A stretch of DNA of 64,000 nt from Elusimicrobiota bacterium (GCA_051745145.1 JBNJDT010000001.1:25899-89898); one strand, 5' to 3'; positions 1 through 10,431 are shown, numbered from the stretch's first letter. Notes: generated by a model from the sequence alone, not told the origin. A program made the numbers and translations.

Positions 1-708
1 GACCGGTTCCCGTCAGTCCACCGTCGCCTAAAGCTATTAAACTATTAGCTAATTGATACCCGGAACCGTACAAATTTTCAAAAGGCTTAAGAAACGAAAA
101 CAACCTCCTCCGGCGATAGTCATAGGCCAGTATAGCATAAGCAATAAACGGCACGGCAGAAAGCCCTACCAGAGCCATATGTTTAATCTTCACTCCGCCA
201 AAAAATAAAATTATACACGTTAAAATAAATATAAGAAAAGCCGTTCCAAAATCAGGTTGAGCATATATCAAGCCAATCATTAAAGCTACTAATCCAATAG
301 GACCTATGAGATTTTTATAAGAATTTTGTATTTTTGTATATTTTCGATCCATAACTGATGCCATATATATGACTACCACAATTTTTGCCAGTTCGGCTGG
401 CTGAATACCTATCCCCCCTATTCTCAGCCACCTTCTGGCTCCGCTTACCTGATGTCCGATGGCCGGTATTAAAACTCCAATCAACATAAATAAAATTATA
501 AATATGGCAACCCGGGATATTTTCGCCCAAATTTTATAATTAATTTTCAAACCGACACTAAAAGAAACACATCCAATTATTGCCCAAAATATTTGTTTTA
601 ACACAAAAAAATACATATTGCTGTATTTTTCGTAAGCCATAATAGCCGAAGTACTAAAAACCATTACCAATCCAATCATTATAAGTATAACAGTAACTGC
701 TAACATTA
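1..708 (-). CDS. ftsW: Cell division/peptidoglycan polymerase FtsW/RodA (SEDS family), N-terminal part; C-terminus lies beyond the window edge
   Basis: My own minus-strand translation from the ATG at 708 gives MLAVTVILIMIGLVMVFSTS...GARRWLRIGGIGIQPAELAKI, which are SEDS motifs. It is the last gene of the dcw cluster, directly after murD. Confidence 0.75.
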
Positions 709-729
709 CTCCATCATAGCTGTTATCCC

Positions 730-2076
730 TCAGCGAATTATTTCTTCTACCCATTTTTTAAATTTCCCCCCTCTCTCCCGGTAATTTTTAAATTCGTCAA
801 AACTCGCTCCTCCCGGGGAGAAAAGAACAGTATCCCCGGGCTTTATTTCAGATGCCATAAATTGGACAGCCTGTCTAAGGGTCTTTTTCTTATTGATATG
901 TATATCCCTATCAATATCATTAAGGTAATTACTCAGCCTGTGGCGGCCATCTCCAAAAAGTATTATCTCTCTTACTTTCTTATTTATCTCACTAATAATT
1001 TGATTGTGAAAAGAATTTTTCAGCTCGCCCCCCATTAAAAGAACAACAGGTTCCCCGTAACTTTCCAACGCTCTTAAAGTTGCGTCAGTATTAGTAGCCT
1101 TGGAATCATTGACAAATACCACTCCCCTTCTTTTCTTAAATTCCTCCAGCCTGTGAGCCGGTAAATTAAAGTTGCGTAATTTAATTTCGGTTTTTTCTAT
1201 TTCCTGTAATAACTTTGTGGCGGTCAAAGCCGCCATATAATTTTCAATATTATGATCTCCTCTTAAAGAAAAACCAGTTAAATCTGCCAGGTTCTCTTTT
1301 TCACCGGAGGCTCTTCGCCACATAATTACACCGTCTTGTAAGTAGCAACCAGGTTTTGAATGTTCATTTACAGAAAAGTAATATTTCTGACTTTTTAAAT
1401 TTTCTGTGAAAAGTTTTAAATCTTTTAAGTTGTCATTTATTACAGCTATCCCTTTAGAATCCTGGCGGAGAAACATTTTTTTCTTGGATTCCATGTAATT
1501 TTTAAAATTGCCATGCCATTTTAAATGTTCGGGAAATAAATTTAAAATTATTCCCACAGACGGTATTAACCCCGGGGTATAGGGGATTTGATAACTCGAT
1601 ACTTCCAGTACAATAATATCACCGGGTTTTATATTTCCTATCTGAGAAGTTAAAGGGGTACCTATATTTCCGGCAACAATCACCCTCCCGGATATTAAGT
1701 TCTCTATCATCCGGCAGGTTGTAGTTTTTCCGTTAGTTCCGGTAACGGCCACTACTTTTACATCCGGTAATTCCCGGCAGGCCACTTCCATTTCACTTAT
1801 CACGGGTATATTTTTCTTAGAAGCCTGCCCTAAAATATAATTGTCCGGGCTAACCCCGGGACTGGTTACAATAAGATCATACTTAAGGGGATCTATATTT
1901 TCGGGTTCAGTATCCATAATTAAATTTACCCGGTCCCCTATTCTATTTTCAGCTGTTTTTATATATTTCCTATCATAACAGGTAAGCTTTGCCGAGCGGG
2001 CTATAAAAAATTCAGCAGCTGAAAGGCCGCTTTTTCCCAGTCCAATTATAAGTATTTTTTTATCCTTATAATTCAT
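730..2076 (-). CDS. murD: UDP-N-acetylmuramoylalanine--D-glutamate ligase
   Basis: 448 aa. It has the Mur ligase P-loop GTNGKTTT and sits in dcw order between mraY and ftsW. Confidence 0.9.
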   Translation of the reverse strand: MNYKDKKILIIGLGKSGLSAAEFFIARSAKLTCYDRKYIKTAENRIGDRVNLIMDTEPENIDPLKYDLIVTSPGVSPDNYILGQASKKNIPVISEMEVACRELPDVKVVAVTGTNGKTTTCRMIENLISGRVIVAGNIGTPLTSQIGNIKPGDIIVLEVSSYQIPYTPGLIPSVGIILNLFPEHLKWHGNFKNYMESKKKMFLRQDSKGIAVINDNLKDLKLFTENLKSQKYYFSVNEHSKPGCYLQDGVIMWRRASGEKENLADLTGFSLRGDHNIENYMAALTATKLLQEIEKTEIKLRNFNLPAHRLEEFKKRRGVVFVNDSKATNTDATLRALESYGEPVVLLMGGELKNSFHNQIISEINKKVREIILFGDGRHRLSNYLNDIDRDIHINKKKTLRQAVQFMASEIKPGDTVLFSPGGASFDEFKNYRERGGKFKKWVEEIIR

Positions 2077-2077
2077 T

Positions 2078-3163
2078 TTATCTCAATTTTAAAGTAGCCA
2101 GCGCCAGAAAACAGAGCATTATAGCTATAATCCAGAATCTTATTACCACCTGGGGCTCACTCCATCCTTTTAATTCAAAATGATGGTGCAGCGGGGCCAT
2201 CTTAAATACCCGTTTACCCTTCCATTTATAACTGGTTACCTGAATCATAACAGAAAGAATTTCAATTAAAAATACTCCCCCTACAATAATTAGAAGGATT
2301 TCCTGTTTAATTAACAGGGCGCTTACTCCCAGCACCCCGCCCATAAAAAGAGAAGCTGTGTCTCCCATAAATACTTGGGCCGGAAAAATATTATACCATA
2401 AGAACCCGAACCCTGCGCCGGCAAGGGCCGCTAAATAAACCGTCATCTCGCCCGCTCCCTTAACATACGGTAAAAAAAGATAAGAACTAAACTCTATATT
2501 TCCGGCAATATAAGAAAGAGCCGCATAAGTAAGGGAAGCAAAAATTATACATCCTATGGCTAACCCATCCAGTCCGTCTGTAATATTAACAGCATTAGAA
2601 GTACCTACTACAGTTATCATAACAAAAGGAATATATAAAATTCCGAGGTTTAAAAACGTATTTTTCATAAATGGTAACGTCAGGCTATAGGGCTGACTCT
2701 TAAAAGTTGGATTATAATATAAATAAGCGGCCAGTCCCAGACCCAGTAATAGCTGCCCTACTAATTTAACGGTCGGACTAAATCCCTCCGCTTCGTTTTT
2801 ATAAACCGATAAATAATCATCAGCCAGACCTATTATCCCCAACCAAATAGTACTTATAAAAAGTATTATTATAAAATCATTATTTAATTTACACCACAGT
2901 AAAGCTGATAATACTAAAGAAAGTATAATTATTATCCCCCCCATTGTGGGAGTCCCCTCTTTTTCGTGGTGTCTTTGAGGACCGTCCTCCCTTATAATTT
3001 GAAGTTTTTTCCTGTTTTTAAGCATCCTTATTAATTTGGGAGCAAAAATAAAACTAACCGTCAGGGACGTGATAAATGCCCCCGCTGTTCTAAAAGTTAT
3101 ATATTGTAAAACATTAAAAGGAAAAAAAAGATCCTTTAACGGAAATAATAAATGGTAAAGCAT
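2078..3163 (-). CDS. mraY: Phospho-N-acetylmuramoyl-pentapeptide transferase
   Basis: 361 aa polytopic membrane protein with MraY-type motifs (NAVNITDGLDGLA, MGDTGSL-like MGDTASLFMGG). Confidence 0.9.
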   Translation of the reverse strand: MLYHLLFPLKDLFFPFNVLQYITFRTAGAFITSLTVSFIFAPKLIRMLKNRKKLQIIREDGPQRHHEKEGTPTMGGIIIILSLVLSALLWCKLNNDFIIILFISTIWLGIIGLADDYLSVYKNEAEGFSPTVKLVGQLLLGLGLAAYLYYNPTFKSQPYSLTLPFMKNTFLNLGILYIPFVMITVVGTSNAVNITDGLDGLAIGCIIFASLTYAALSYIAGNIEFSSYLFLPYVKGAGEMTVYLAALAGAGFGFLWYNIFPAQVFMGDTASLFMGGVLGVSALLIKQEILLIIVGGVFLIEILSVMIQVTSYKWKGKRVFKMAPLHHHFELKGWSEPQVVIRFWIIAIMLCFLALATLKLR

Positions 3164-3164
3164 A

Positions 3165-4502
3165 TTATTTAAACTCCCTTAATATTTCATCAAATTTCTC
3201 TCTCCGGGAAGCTTTTAAAACTATAACAGAATTTTCATCAGATACTTTTCGTATAATATCAGCTGCTTCTTTTTTAGTTTTAAACAGATAAATACCCCCA
3301 TCTTTCATACCCCCGTCTTGAGCACCCTGCCTTAGCTCTTTCCCGTTTCTGCCGGAACTTAAGATATATTTAACATTAGGTATTTTTCCGATAAATTCAC
3401 CGACTTCCCGATGCAGCTTGGGGGCGTATTCTCCCAGTTCATGCATCTCTCCTACAACGGCAACTATATTTTTATCCGGATACATTGAAGCAATTTCCCG
3501 GAATAATTCTTTCACCGCTGTGGGATTAGCATTGTAAGAATCATCGATAAATTTTATCCCGGCTAGATTAACTTTTTTCATTCTGTGGGCCCGGGTGTCA
3601 AATTTTTTTATTGCCGTTTTTATATTCTCTTTTTTAATATTAAAAATTTTCGCCATTGCTATAGCGGCAAGAGCATTATACACATTGAATTTACCCGGAA
3701 TCTTTATACTATAGTTTTCTCCGTTAATTTTAAACCGACTGCCCTCCATATTACAGCTAATTAAATCGGCCTTTATATCCGCTCCATTTTTAAAGCCAAA
3801 ACCCAGCTTGTTAATACCGTAGTTTTCCGCTTTTTCTCTTACGTTTTTCTGATCGTAATTATATACCAGATAACCGGATTCACTTATATTATCTACAAGT
3901 TCAAACTTTGTTTTAAGTATATTCTTGTAACTTCCAAAATAACCTATATGGGCATCGTTAACATTAGTTATTACTCCCACATCAAGATGAATCAAATCAG
4001 AAAGCTTTGCTATTTCCCCCCGATTATTGGCCCCCATTTCAAATACACCGATTTCTTTTTCCGGCTCTATATTAAGTAATGTAAGCGGAATGCCAATATT
4101 ATTATTAAAACTTTTCGGCGTAGCAGCCACGTTTACCTCAGTACTCAATAACTTTTCAGTTAACCCCACTGTTGTTGTCTTTCCCGACGAACCGGTAATC
4201 CCCACAGCAGATAATTTTAATATTTTTCGATAATTCCGGGCCGCTTCCCAGAGAGCCTTAAGTGTTGAAGACACAACGATATCACATTTTTGCTGTTCCC
4301 CTATTGTATATCCCCCTTTTTCCCGGACTTCTTCTACATAATCATGTCCATCATTGTTCTCACCTTTTAAACAGAAAAAAAGACTTCCCTCAAAAGCCTG
4401 GCGGGAATCAATTACGGCTCCATTAACTTTCAGATGATCAGCTCTATTTAATTCCCCCTCCGTCCATGCGGCAATCTTTCCTAATTTAATTTTTTTCATC
4501 AA
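3165..4502 (-). CDS. murF: UDP-N-acetylmuramoyl-tripeptide--D-alanyl-D-alanine ligase
   Basis: 445 aa. Mur ligase P-loop GITGSSGKTTT. It sits between murE and mraY. Confidence 0.85.
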   Translation of the reverse strand: MMKKIKLGKIAAWTEGELNRADHLKVNGAVIDSRQAFEGSLFFCLKGENNDGHDYVEEVREKGGYTIGEQQKCDIVVSSTLKALWEAARNYRKILKLSAVGITGSSGKTTTVGLTEKLLSTEVNVAATPKSFNNNIGIPLTLLNIEPEKEIGVFEMGANNRGEIAKLSDLIHLDVGVITNVNDAHIGYFGSYKNILKTKFELVDNISESGYLVYNYDQKNVREKAENYGINKLGFGFKNGADIKADLISCNMEGSRFKINGENYSIKIPGKFNVYNALAAIAMAKIFNIKKENIKTAIKKFDTRAHRMKKVNLAGIKFIDDSYNANPTAVKELFREIASMYPDKNIVAVVGEMHELGEYAPKLHREVGEFIGKIPNVKYILSSGRNGKELRQGAQDGGMKDGGIYLFKTKKEAADIIRKVSDENSVIVLKASRREKFDEILREFK

Positions 4503-4550
4503 ACTTATTATATCGGGTTTCCTGGTATCAAATTAACAGATACAATAATT

Positions 4551-6008
4551 TTAAAGATATTTTCTAACTACTTTTCTATCTGAAAAAGGAAATTTTTTAT
4601 CTTTAAAGATCTGGTATTCTTCATCTCCTTTACCGGCTATTAATATACAATCATCTGTTCCGGCTCTGGATACTGCTTCCTTTATCGCTTTCTCCCTGTC
4701 TTTTATAACATAATAAGGGGTAGATGTTTTTCGCAAACCCAATTCTATATCCAATAAGATATCAACCGGATTTTCCCACCGGGGATTATCTGAAGTCACG
4801 TAAACAACATCGGCATAATTACCGGCAATTTGTCCCATAAGCGGTCTTTTTTCCCTATCCCTATCTCCGCCGCAGCCAAACAGACAGATTAGTCTGCCCG
4901 TATTTAATTCCCTTAACGTTCTTAATACATTATCCAGGGCGTCCGGAGTATGGGCATAATCTATTACTACGGATTTATTATCCTCCCCCTCTGATCTTAC
5001 TATCTCCAGTCTTCCTTTTACCGGAGAAACTTCTGATATAACTTTACATACCTGTTGCATATCTTTACCTCCTTCTATTCCTGCCGCTATGGCAGCCAAA
5101 CTATTATATATATTAAATTCTCCTATAAGTTTAGTTTTTATCTTTTTCTCTAAATTTCGGTTTTTTAAGATAAATTCACTTTTAACCATATCTAATTTTT
5201 TAAGTTCTGCCCGATAATCCGCCTTTTCTTTAATTCCGTAAGTGACAGTCTTATAATTACTCGCCGAACAATGCTCTTTAACTAACCGGGTCCCATATTT
5301 ATCATCATTATTTACAATTGCCACTCCCTCCGGACTCAATAAATCAAATAAATGTTTCTTACTTTTGAAATACCCCTCAAAACCTCCGTGAAACTCCAGA
5401 TGATCTCTGGTAAGATTGGTAAATACTGCTGTATCAAATTTTATATCTTCAACCCTTTTTAGAGAAAGAGCGTGGGAAGAAACTTCCATAACTATATTTT
5501 TAACCCCCTGGTCTAGTAATTTTTTAAATAATCTATGTAATTCATTAGGTAAAGGAGTGGTCATATCGAAATTTCCGGTCTCATTTTTATAAAAATACCC
5601 GGAAGTTCCTATAAGAGCGGTGCACTCCTGTTTTTTAAGTATTCTGTATATTAAATTTGTAACTGTCGTTTTCCCGTTAGTTCCCGTCACTCCCGTAAAA
5701 GATATTTTTTTTGCCGGAAACCCATTAATAGCTGCCGACCATTTAGAAAGAACCCGGCGGGGTTCATCTACCACTATGTCGGGGATATAACTATTACCGG
5801 TATTCTCATCGCTGACCACCGCTAACGCCCCATTTGAAGCAGCTTCTTTTATATATTCTTTGCCGTGGGTTTTCGAACCCGGAAAAGCAAAAAACAATCC
5901 GTCTTTTTTTACTTTTTTAGAACTTGTATAAATATCATTTATTTCAATATTAAAGTCCCCGTCGAAAAAATCAGGCTTATAGTATTCAAATAAATCAGCT
6001 AATCTCAT
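4551..6008 (-). CDS. murE: UDP-N-acetylmuramoyl-L-alanyl-D-glutamate--2,6-diaminopimelate ligase
   Basis: 485 aa. P-loop GVTGTNGKTT, with Mur ligase central and C-terminal domains. Confidence 0.85.
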   Translation of the reverse strand: MRLADLFEYYKPDFFDGDFNIEINDIYTSSKKVKKDGLFFAFPGSKTHGKEYIKEAASNGALAVVSDENTGNSYIPDIVVDEPRRVLSKWSAAINGFPAKKISFTGVTGTNGKTTVTNLIYRILKKQECTALIGTSGYFYKNETGNFDMTTPLPNELHRLFKKLLDQGVKNIVMEVSSHALSLKRVEDIKFDTAVFTNLTRDHLEFHGGFEGYFKSKKHLFDLLSPEGVAIVNNDDKYGTRLVKEHCSASNYKTVTYGIKEKADYRAELKKLDMVKSEFILKNRNLEKKIKTKLIGEFNIYNSLAAIAAGIEGGKDMQQVCKVISEVSPVKGRLEIVRSEGEDNKSVVIDYAHTPDALDNVLRTLRELNTGRLICLFGCGGDRDREKRPLMGQIAGNYADVVYVTSDNPRWENPVDILLDIELGLRKTSTPYYVIKDREKAIKEAVSRAGTDDCILIAGKGDEEYQIFKDKKFPFSDRKVVRKYL

Positions 6009-6010
6009 TT

Positions 6011-7699
6011 TTACTTTTTCCGTACCATATAATTCTCACCAATTACATTAGAATAACTTAAAGCGGACCGGGCAATTTTAGAAAATACGGGTGCCGCCAC
6101 ATATCCTCCCCAGTGTAACCTGCCCGCCGGCTCATCAAAAATTACCAGTATTGTATATTTAGGATCATCAACCGGAACAAACCCGCCGAAAAGAGCCACA
6201 TATTTATCCTCGGCATAATTCCCGGTACCCGGTTCAGATTTCTGGGCGGTGCCGGTTTTTCCTGCTGTTTTGTAACCCGGTACTTTCCCCTGAGAACCAG
6301 AGCCGTTCTCCACAACCTGATAGAGAATTTCTTTCATTTTTTCAGCCACACCGCTACTTATTACTCGCCTTACAGGCATAATTTCATAATTACGGCTGTT
6401 TTTTTCAGAAACCACTTCTTTTACAATACGGGGTTCATACAAAATGCCCCCGTTCGCTATAGTGGAAAAAGCCCCTACTAGTTGGATGGCGGTAACCCCC
6501 ACTTCCTGACCAAACGAAATACGAGAAACACTGGTACCCGACCATCTATCAGGCTTTCGTAAAATACCTCTTACTTCCCCGGGAAGACGAATCCCAGTAA
6601 AATTTCCGAATCCAAAATCCCGGCCATATTTATACAATAATTTTTCACCTAATCTATCTCCTATCTTTGCCAGTCCAATATTAGAAGAATAGAGCATACA
6701 CTCTTTAAAAGTGAGTTCATCATAGGGATTAAAATCTCTAATGGGAAAACCCCCGACTTCGTATTTCCCGCCTTCACAATCTATGACTTCATCGGGTTCT
6801 ACTAAATCTTCTTCAAGAGCAGCAGCGGCGGTAACAATCTTAAAAGTGGACCCGGGTTCAAATATATTGGAAACCGCCTTATTTTTTAACTTACTATTAT
6901 CTTTACTTACCCCCCGGTTATTATCCCCCCCCGGGTAAGTAGCCATAGCTAAAATTTCACCGGTATGGGGGTCCTGTATTATTCCCATAGCCCATTTAGG
7001 ATCATATTTTTTAAATCCTTTTTTTAACTCACGATGGACAATATACTGCAAATTTGTATCAAGCGTCAGAGTTATCTCTGCCGGTTTGTAAGCCGCTTTT
7101 TCTTTGTTTCTTATAATCCTTCTTCTGGCAGCATCAACTAATACTTTACTATCCGATTTTTTTTGTTTTAACTGCCGGTTAAAATTAAATTCAATCCCGG
7201 AAAGTCCCTGATTATCCATTCCCACCCAGCCTATAACCGAAGAAGCCAGAGGTGCCCGGGGATAAAAACGGGAATTTTCTTTTTCAATAACTAAACCTGA
7301 CGAGGTATAATCATCCAACTGTTCTATTTTATAAGGTGAAACTTTACGGGCCAGCCAGAAGAATGAATTACGTGAGCTGAAAAATCTGCTAATTTTTTTA
7401 TAGCCTATATTTAAATTATTACTTAAATTTCTCTTTAAATTAACTCCGGCTTTACTTTGAGCAGGGTTATACCCTATTGAATAGGAGTGTTTATTTATGG
7501 CCAACTTTTCTCCGGTTCTGTCATAAATATTCCCCCGTGAAGGAGAAGATACGGATTTACCGGTTGTATAACGATTTCTGGCTTTTTTGGCATAATAATC
7601 ATGTCTTACGAACTGCACAAATAAAAGCCGGATTCCCAACCCTCCAAAAAACAAAAAAATAAAAAAGAAGACTAAACTTAAACGCGCTTTAATTTTCAT
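6011..7699 (-). CDS. ftsI: Penicillin-binding protein transpeptidase (FtsI/PBP3-like)
   Basis: 562 aa. N-terminal TM anchor and the SxxK (GSTFK), SSN and KTGTA transpeptidase motifs. It follows ftsL in the dcw cluster. Confidence 0.85.
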   Translation of the reverse strand: MKIKARLSLVFFFIFLFFGGLGIRLLFVQFVRHDYYAKKARNRYTTGKSVSSPSRGNIYDRTGEKLAINKHSYSIGYNPAQSKAGVNLKRNLSNNLNIGYKKISRFFSSRNSFFWLARKVSPYKIEQLDDYTSSGLVIEKENSRFYPRAPLASSVIGWVGMDNQGLSGIEFNFNRQLKQKKSDSKVLVDAARRRIIRNKEKAAYKPAEITLTLDTNLQYIVHRELKKGFKKYDPKWAMGIIQDPHTGEILAMATYPGGDNNRGVSKDNSKLKNKAVSNIFEPGSTFKIVTAAAALEEDLVEPDEVIDCEGGKYEVGGFPIRDFNPYDELTFKECMLYSSNIGLAKIGDRLGEKLLYKYGRDFGFGNFTGIRLPGEVRGILRKPDRWSGTSVSRISFGQEVGVTAIQLVGAFSTIANGGILYEPRIVKEVVSEKNSRNYEIMPVRRVISSGVAEKMKEILYQVVENGSGSQGKVPGYKTAGKTGTAQKSEPGTGNYAEDKYVALFGGFVPVDDPKYTILVIFDEPAGRLHWGGYVAAPVFSKIARSALSYSNVIGENYMVRKK

Positions 7700-7755
7700 A
7701 ACTAATATTAATCGTAGAAACTATAATTTTAATATAGTAAAAAATTGTTATATTT

Positions 7756-8142
7756 TTATTCGGCACGTGCTTCTCCGGGAGAAAACAAATTTTTAATATA
7801 TACTAATAAAGAATCCGCCTGCAAATTATAATCTTTAATCTCCTGTTTATTTACCCGGAGAACTTCAATATCAGACGGCTCAGGCAATTGCATATTAAAA
7901 TCATCTCTGGCTTTCCTATCTATATTTGCCAGTGAGCAACGGGAATGTACTTGTTTCATAAGATCCTGATTTTTTACTTCACACCTTTTTATTTCTTGTT
8001 TTAAATCCGTTATTTTATACCCAAGTTTAAATATCATTACTCTCTGCCACGTAATTAGCATTACCACTCCTATTAAAAAAACAAATAATACCCGCATAAT
8101 ATTTTTTATTTTTTTTCCGGCACCTTTTCGCAACCTTCTCAT
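7756..8142 (-). CDS. ftsL: Cell division protein FtsL-like (bitopic, coiled-coil)
   Basis: 128 aa with a single TM (VLFVFLIGVVMLITW) followed by a coiled-coil region. It lies between rsmH and ftsI, and overlaps rsmH by 4 nt. Confidence 0.5.
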   Translation of the reverse strand: MRRLRKGAGKKIKNIMRVLFVFLIGVVMLITWQRVMIFKLGYKITDLKQEIKRCEVKNQDLMKQVHSRCSLANIDRKARDDFNMQLPEPSDIEVLRVNKQEIKDYNLQADSLLVYIKNLFSPGEARAE

Positions 8143-9116
8143 CTTTTAACTATCTCACACGCCCTAAGATGAGCACTCCGTGCCGACCGATTTTTATTAA
8201 CTTCCCTTTCAGTCGGCTGCAGGCCAGATTCTTTCAGAATTTTTATCCTCGGCGTTATAGTATCAGCTCCACAGCGACACACAGGGAAATCAGGCGGACA
8301 TTCACATTTTCCGGAAAATTTTCTAAATATACTTTTAACTATCCTATCCTCTAAAGAATGGTAAGTTAATACTGCTAATCTGCCCTTATGACCATCGGAA
8401 GCAGAGCAAGACAGTAATTTCAAACACTTTGGTAAACTCTCTTTAAGGATATTAAGTTCATTATTTATAAATATTCTTAATGCCTGAAAAGTTTTTGTCG
8501 CCGGATTTCTTCCTTTCGGCGTTGATCTTTTTGCCTTACTGACTATGGATTGCAATTCTCGCGCGGTCATGATCTTTTTATTTTTCCTATACTCCTGAAT
8601 TTTTTTTGCAATACGTTTAGATTCATACTCCTGTCCGTAATTTTTTAACACCTTTTCAATCTCTCCTGCCGGTGCTTTATTAATCCACCCATGAACCGGC
8701 ATTCCGAAATTAGTATTATAGCGCATATCCAACTTTTCATTACTTTTAAAACTAAATCCTCTTTTTTTAGTGGCAATTTGCCTCTGAGAGAATCCCAGAT
8801 CTAATAAAATACCATCTACACAATCTATATTCAGTTTACCGAGTATCTTATCTAAATTTTCATAACTTCCATTAAATAATTTGAAACTTGCTTTTTCCTT
8901 CTGAATATCAGACAATCTTTTTTCAGCTACTTTCAACATTTCACTGTCTCTGTCTATTCCTATTAGCAAGCCGCCGGGCGTTAACCTTTTTAAAATTAAT
9001 TCAGAATGTCCCCCTTCCCCTACAGTACCGTCAACAATTATATCGGCCGCATCGTTACAGAGAACTTTGATAACTTCTTTTGCAAGAACCGGCTTATGAT
9101 AATAATTTGTTTTCAA
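8139..9116 (-). CDS. rsmH: 16S rRNA (cytosine1402-N4)-methyltransferase
   Basis: 325 aa. N-terminal HKPVL...DGTVGEGGHS SAM-binding motif typical of MraW/RsmH. Second gene of the dcw cluster. Confidence 0.9.
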   Translation of the reverse strand: MKTNYYHKPVLAKEVIKVLCNDAADIIVDGTVGEGGHSELILKRLTPGGLLIGIDRDSEMLKVAEKRLSDIQKEKASFKLFNGSYENLDKILGKLNIDCVDGILLDLGFSQRQIATKKRGFSFKSNEKLDMRYNTNFGMPVHGWINKAPAGEIEKVLKNYGQEYESKRIAKKIQEYRKNKKIMTARELQSIVSKAKRSTPKGRNPATKTFQALRIFINNELNILKESLPKCLKLLSCSASDGHKGRLAVLTYHSLEDRIVKSIFRKFSGKCECPPDFPVCRCGADTITPRIKILKESGLQPTEREVNKNRSARSAHLRACEIVKR

Positions 9117-9125
9117 ATTGTTAGC

Positions 9126-9602
9126 TTATATATTTAAATCGACAATATTTTCGGCTAAATCAGAAAATTGGTCTTCTTTTGAAGCAGAATATTTTTCCCA
9201 CCGGCCGGGATTCCAAATTTCCAGCCTGTTTAACATTCCAATTATGACTCCTTTATCTTCCAACTCTGCATATTTAGCTAAATTTTCTGGGATAAGTATT
9301 CGCCCCTGCTTATCTGAACTAATATTTTTGGCGCCGGACAAAAATACTCTCAAAAACCCCCTGCTGTCTTTTTTAGTAAGAGGGATCTCTTTTATTTTCT
9401 TAGTTATTTTTTCCCACTCTGTATCGGGGAATAAAAAAAGGCATCTTTCCATTCCTACTGTAACTACCCAATCCCGGGTAATTTTTAAGTCTGACGGAAT
9501 AAAAAGACGCCTCTTTGTATCTATTTTATGTGTATATTGTCCTATTAATTTATCTGATTTCACCACTTTGCTCCATTTCGCTCCACCGTTTTTTTTATAC
9601 AA
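9126..9602 (-). CDS. mraZ: Transcriptional regulator MraZ (division/cell wall cluster regulator)
   Basis: 158 aa with a duplicated MraZ/SpoVT-AbrB-like fold and a DxxxR-like segment (IDTKRRLFIP). The codon at 9600-9602 is TTG, so the true start may be downstream of the annotated position. Confidence 0.75.
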   Translation of the reverse strand: MYKKNGGAKWSKVVKSDKLIGQYTHKIDTKRRLFIPSDLKITRDWVVTVGMERCLFLFPDTEWEKITKKIKEIPLTKKDSRGFLRVFLSGAKNISSDKQGRILIPENLAKYAELEDKGVIIGMLNRLEIWNPGRWEKYSASKEDQFSDLAENIVDLNI

Positions 9603-9686
9603 AAAAAACTAAATTATGTCAAGATTTTTTAATTAATATTAAGGAGGGAAATTATAAAATTAAAGTTGGGGAGTTATCCACTAAAA

Positions 9687-10118
9687 CTATTCGCTGAATT
9701 TTTGTTTTATTTTTTGATCTTCCCGGGATAAATCTTCCAGTTTTTCAGCAATACTGTTTATCTCATCAGCTATTTTTAAAAATTCATCGGCGGTTCTGAG
9801 TTGAAGATTAATATCAAAATTTCCTTTTCGAATATTTTCCAGCGCCCACTCCACTCTTTTTACGGGTCCAATAACTTTATGAGAGAGGAAAATACCCGCT
9901 AAAAATGTGGCCCCCAGTAATAACAGGACCCTTATAATATAAGCATCCCACTGCACTAATTGATTTAATCTTTCCGGAGTAACTTTAGTAGAAAGCTCCC
10001 AGTAAGTCAAGCCCCCTATAACACCGGCTCCGATTAAAACTGCCAGCATCATTACTAAAGTAAATTTCAACTGGTATTTTTTTTCAGTAAGATATATTTT
10101 TCTTTTATATTTAACCAA
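9687..10118 (-). CDS. Small membrane protein with two TM helices and a HAMP-like domain
   Basis: 143 aa. TM1 and TM2 are followed by an amphipathic HAMP-like segment (GPVKRVEWALENIRKGNFDINL...ADEFLKIADEINSIAEKL). No output domain. Confidence 0.4.
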   Translation of the reverse strand: MVKYKRKIYLTEKKYQLKFTLVMMLAVLIGAGVIGGLTYWELSTKVTPERLNQLVQWDAYIIRVLLLLGATFLAGIFLSHKVIGPVKRVEWALENIRKGNFDINLQLRTADEFLKIADEINSIAEKLEDLSREDQKIKQKFSE

Positions 10119-10191
10119 TCGATTTACCTCCTGTTGCCATTTTTTTTAAAACCCAATTTATATTCAATTTGTATGCCTGTAAAACTAAAAA

Positions 10192-10431
10192 GAAACTTCT
10201 GTAAGCCGGATTCTGTTTTAACGGTCATTTATCTGGGCGGTCTACCCAAAGCTCAAATGCCACGGGCCGCGGCTCGCTTTCTATTTGACCTCGCTTTTTC
10301 CGGGGTTTAACCTTTTCACTACGGCATTTCCGTACTTAGTTTCTGTGTCACTTTCCCGAAATGCCCTGTAAAGTCCGGACTTTCCTCTCCCTAATTAATA
10401 TCTAATCAGAGAGCGACCGATCAGAAGTTTC
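10192..10431 (-). ncRNA. rnpB: RNase P RNA (bacterial type A-like, minimized, about 240 nt)
   Basis: The minus-strand transcript contains the universal P4 strands GGAAAGUCCGGAC...UACAGGGCA and ACAGAAUCCGGCUUACAG. A perfect 10-bp P1 stem (5' GAAACUUCUG with 3' CAGAAGUUUC) delimits the molecule. It sits in a GC-elevated 364-nt intergenic gap. Confidence 0.8.

Noticed and set aside
315-530. 71-aa ORF on the minus strand at the left edge
   Set aside because: It lies out of frame inside the ftsW (SEDS) coding region. Its protein sequence has no membrane-protein character, whereas the alternative frame gives clear FtsW motifs.
4027-4233. 68-aa plus-strand ORF inside murF, and similar short antisense ORFs inside ftsI (6741-6938, 7477-7662), rsmH, addA/addB, PEPCK, the antiporter, phoH2 and others
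   Set aside because: All are embedded antisense or out-of-frame within long, motif-supported genes. None has a ribosome-binding site or recognisable domain.
9118-9612. 164-aa plus-strand ORF
   Set aside because: It is antisense to mraZ over its full length. mraZ has recognisable family motifs and dcw synteny, so the antisense ORF is spurious.
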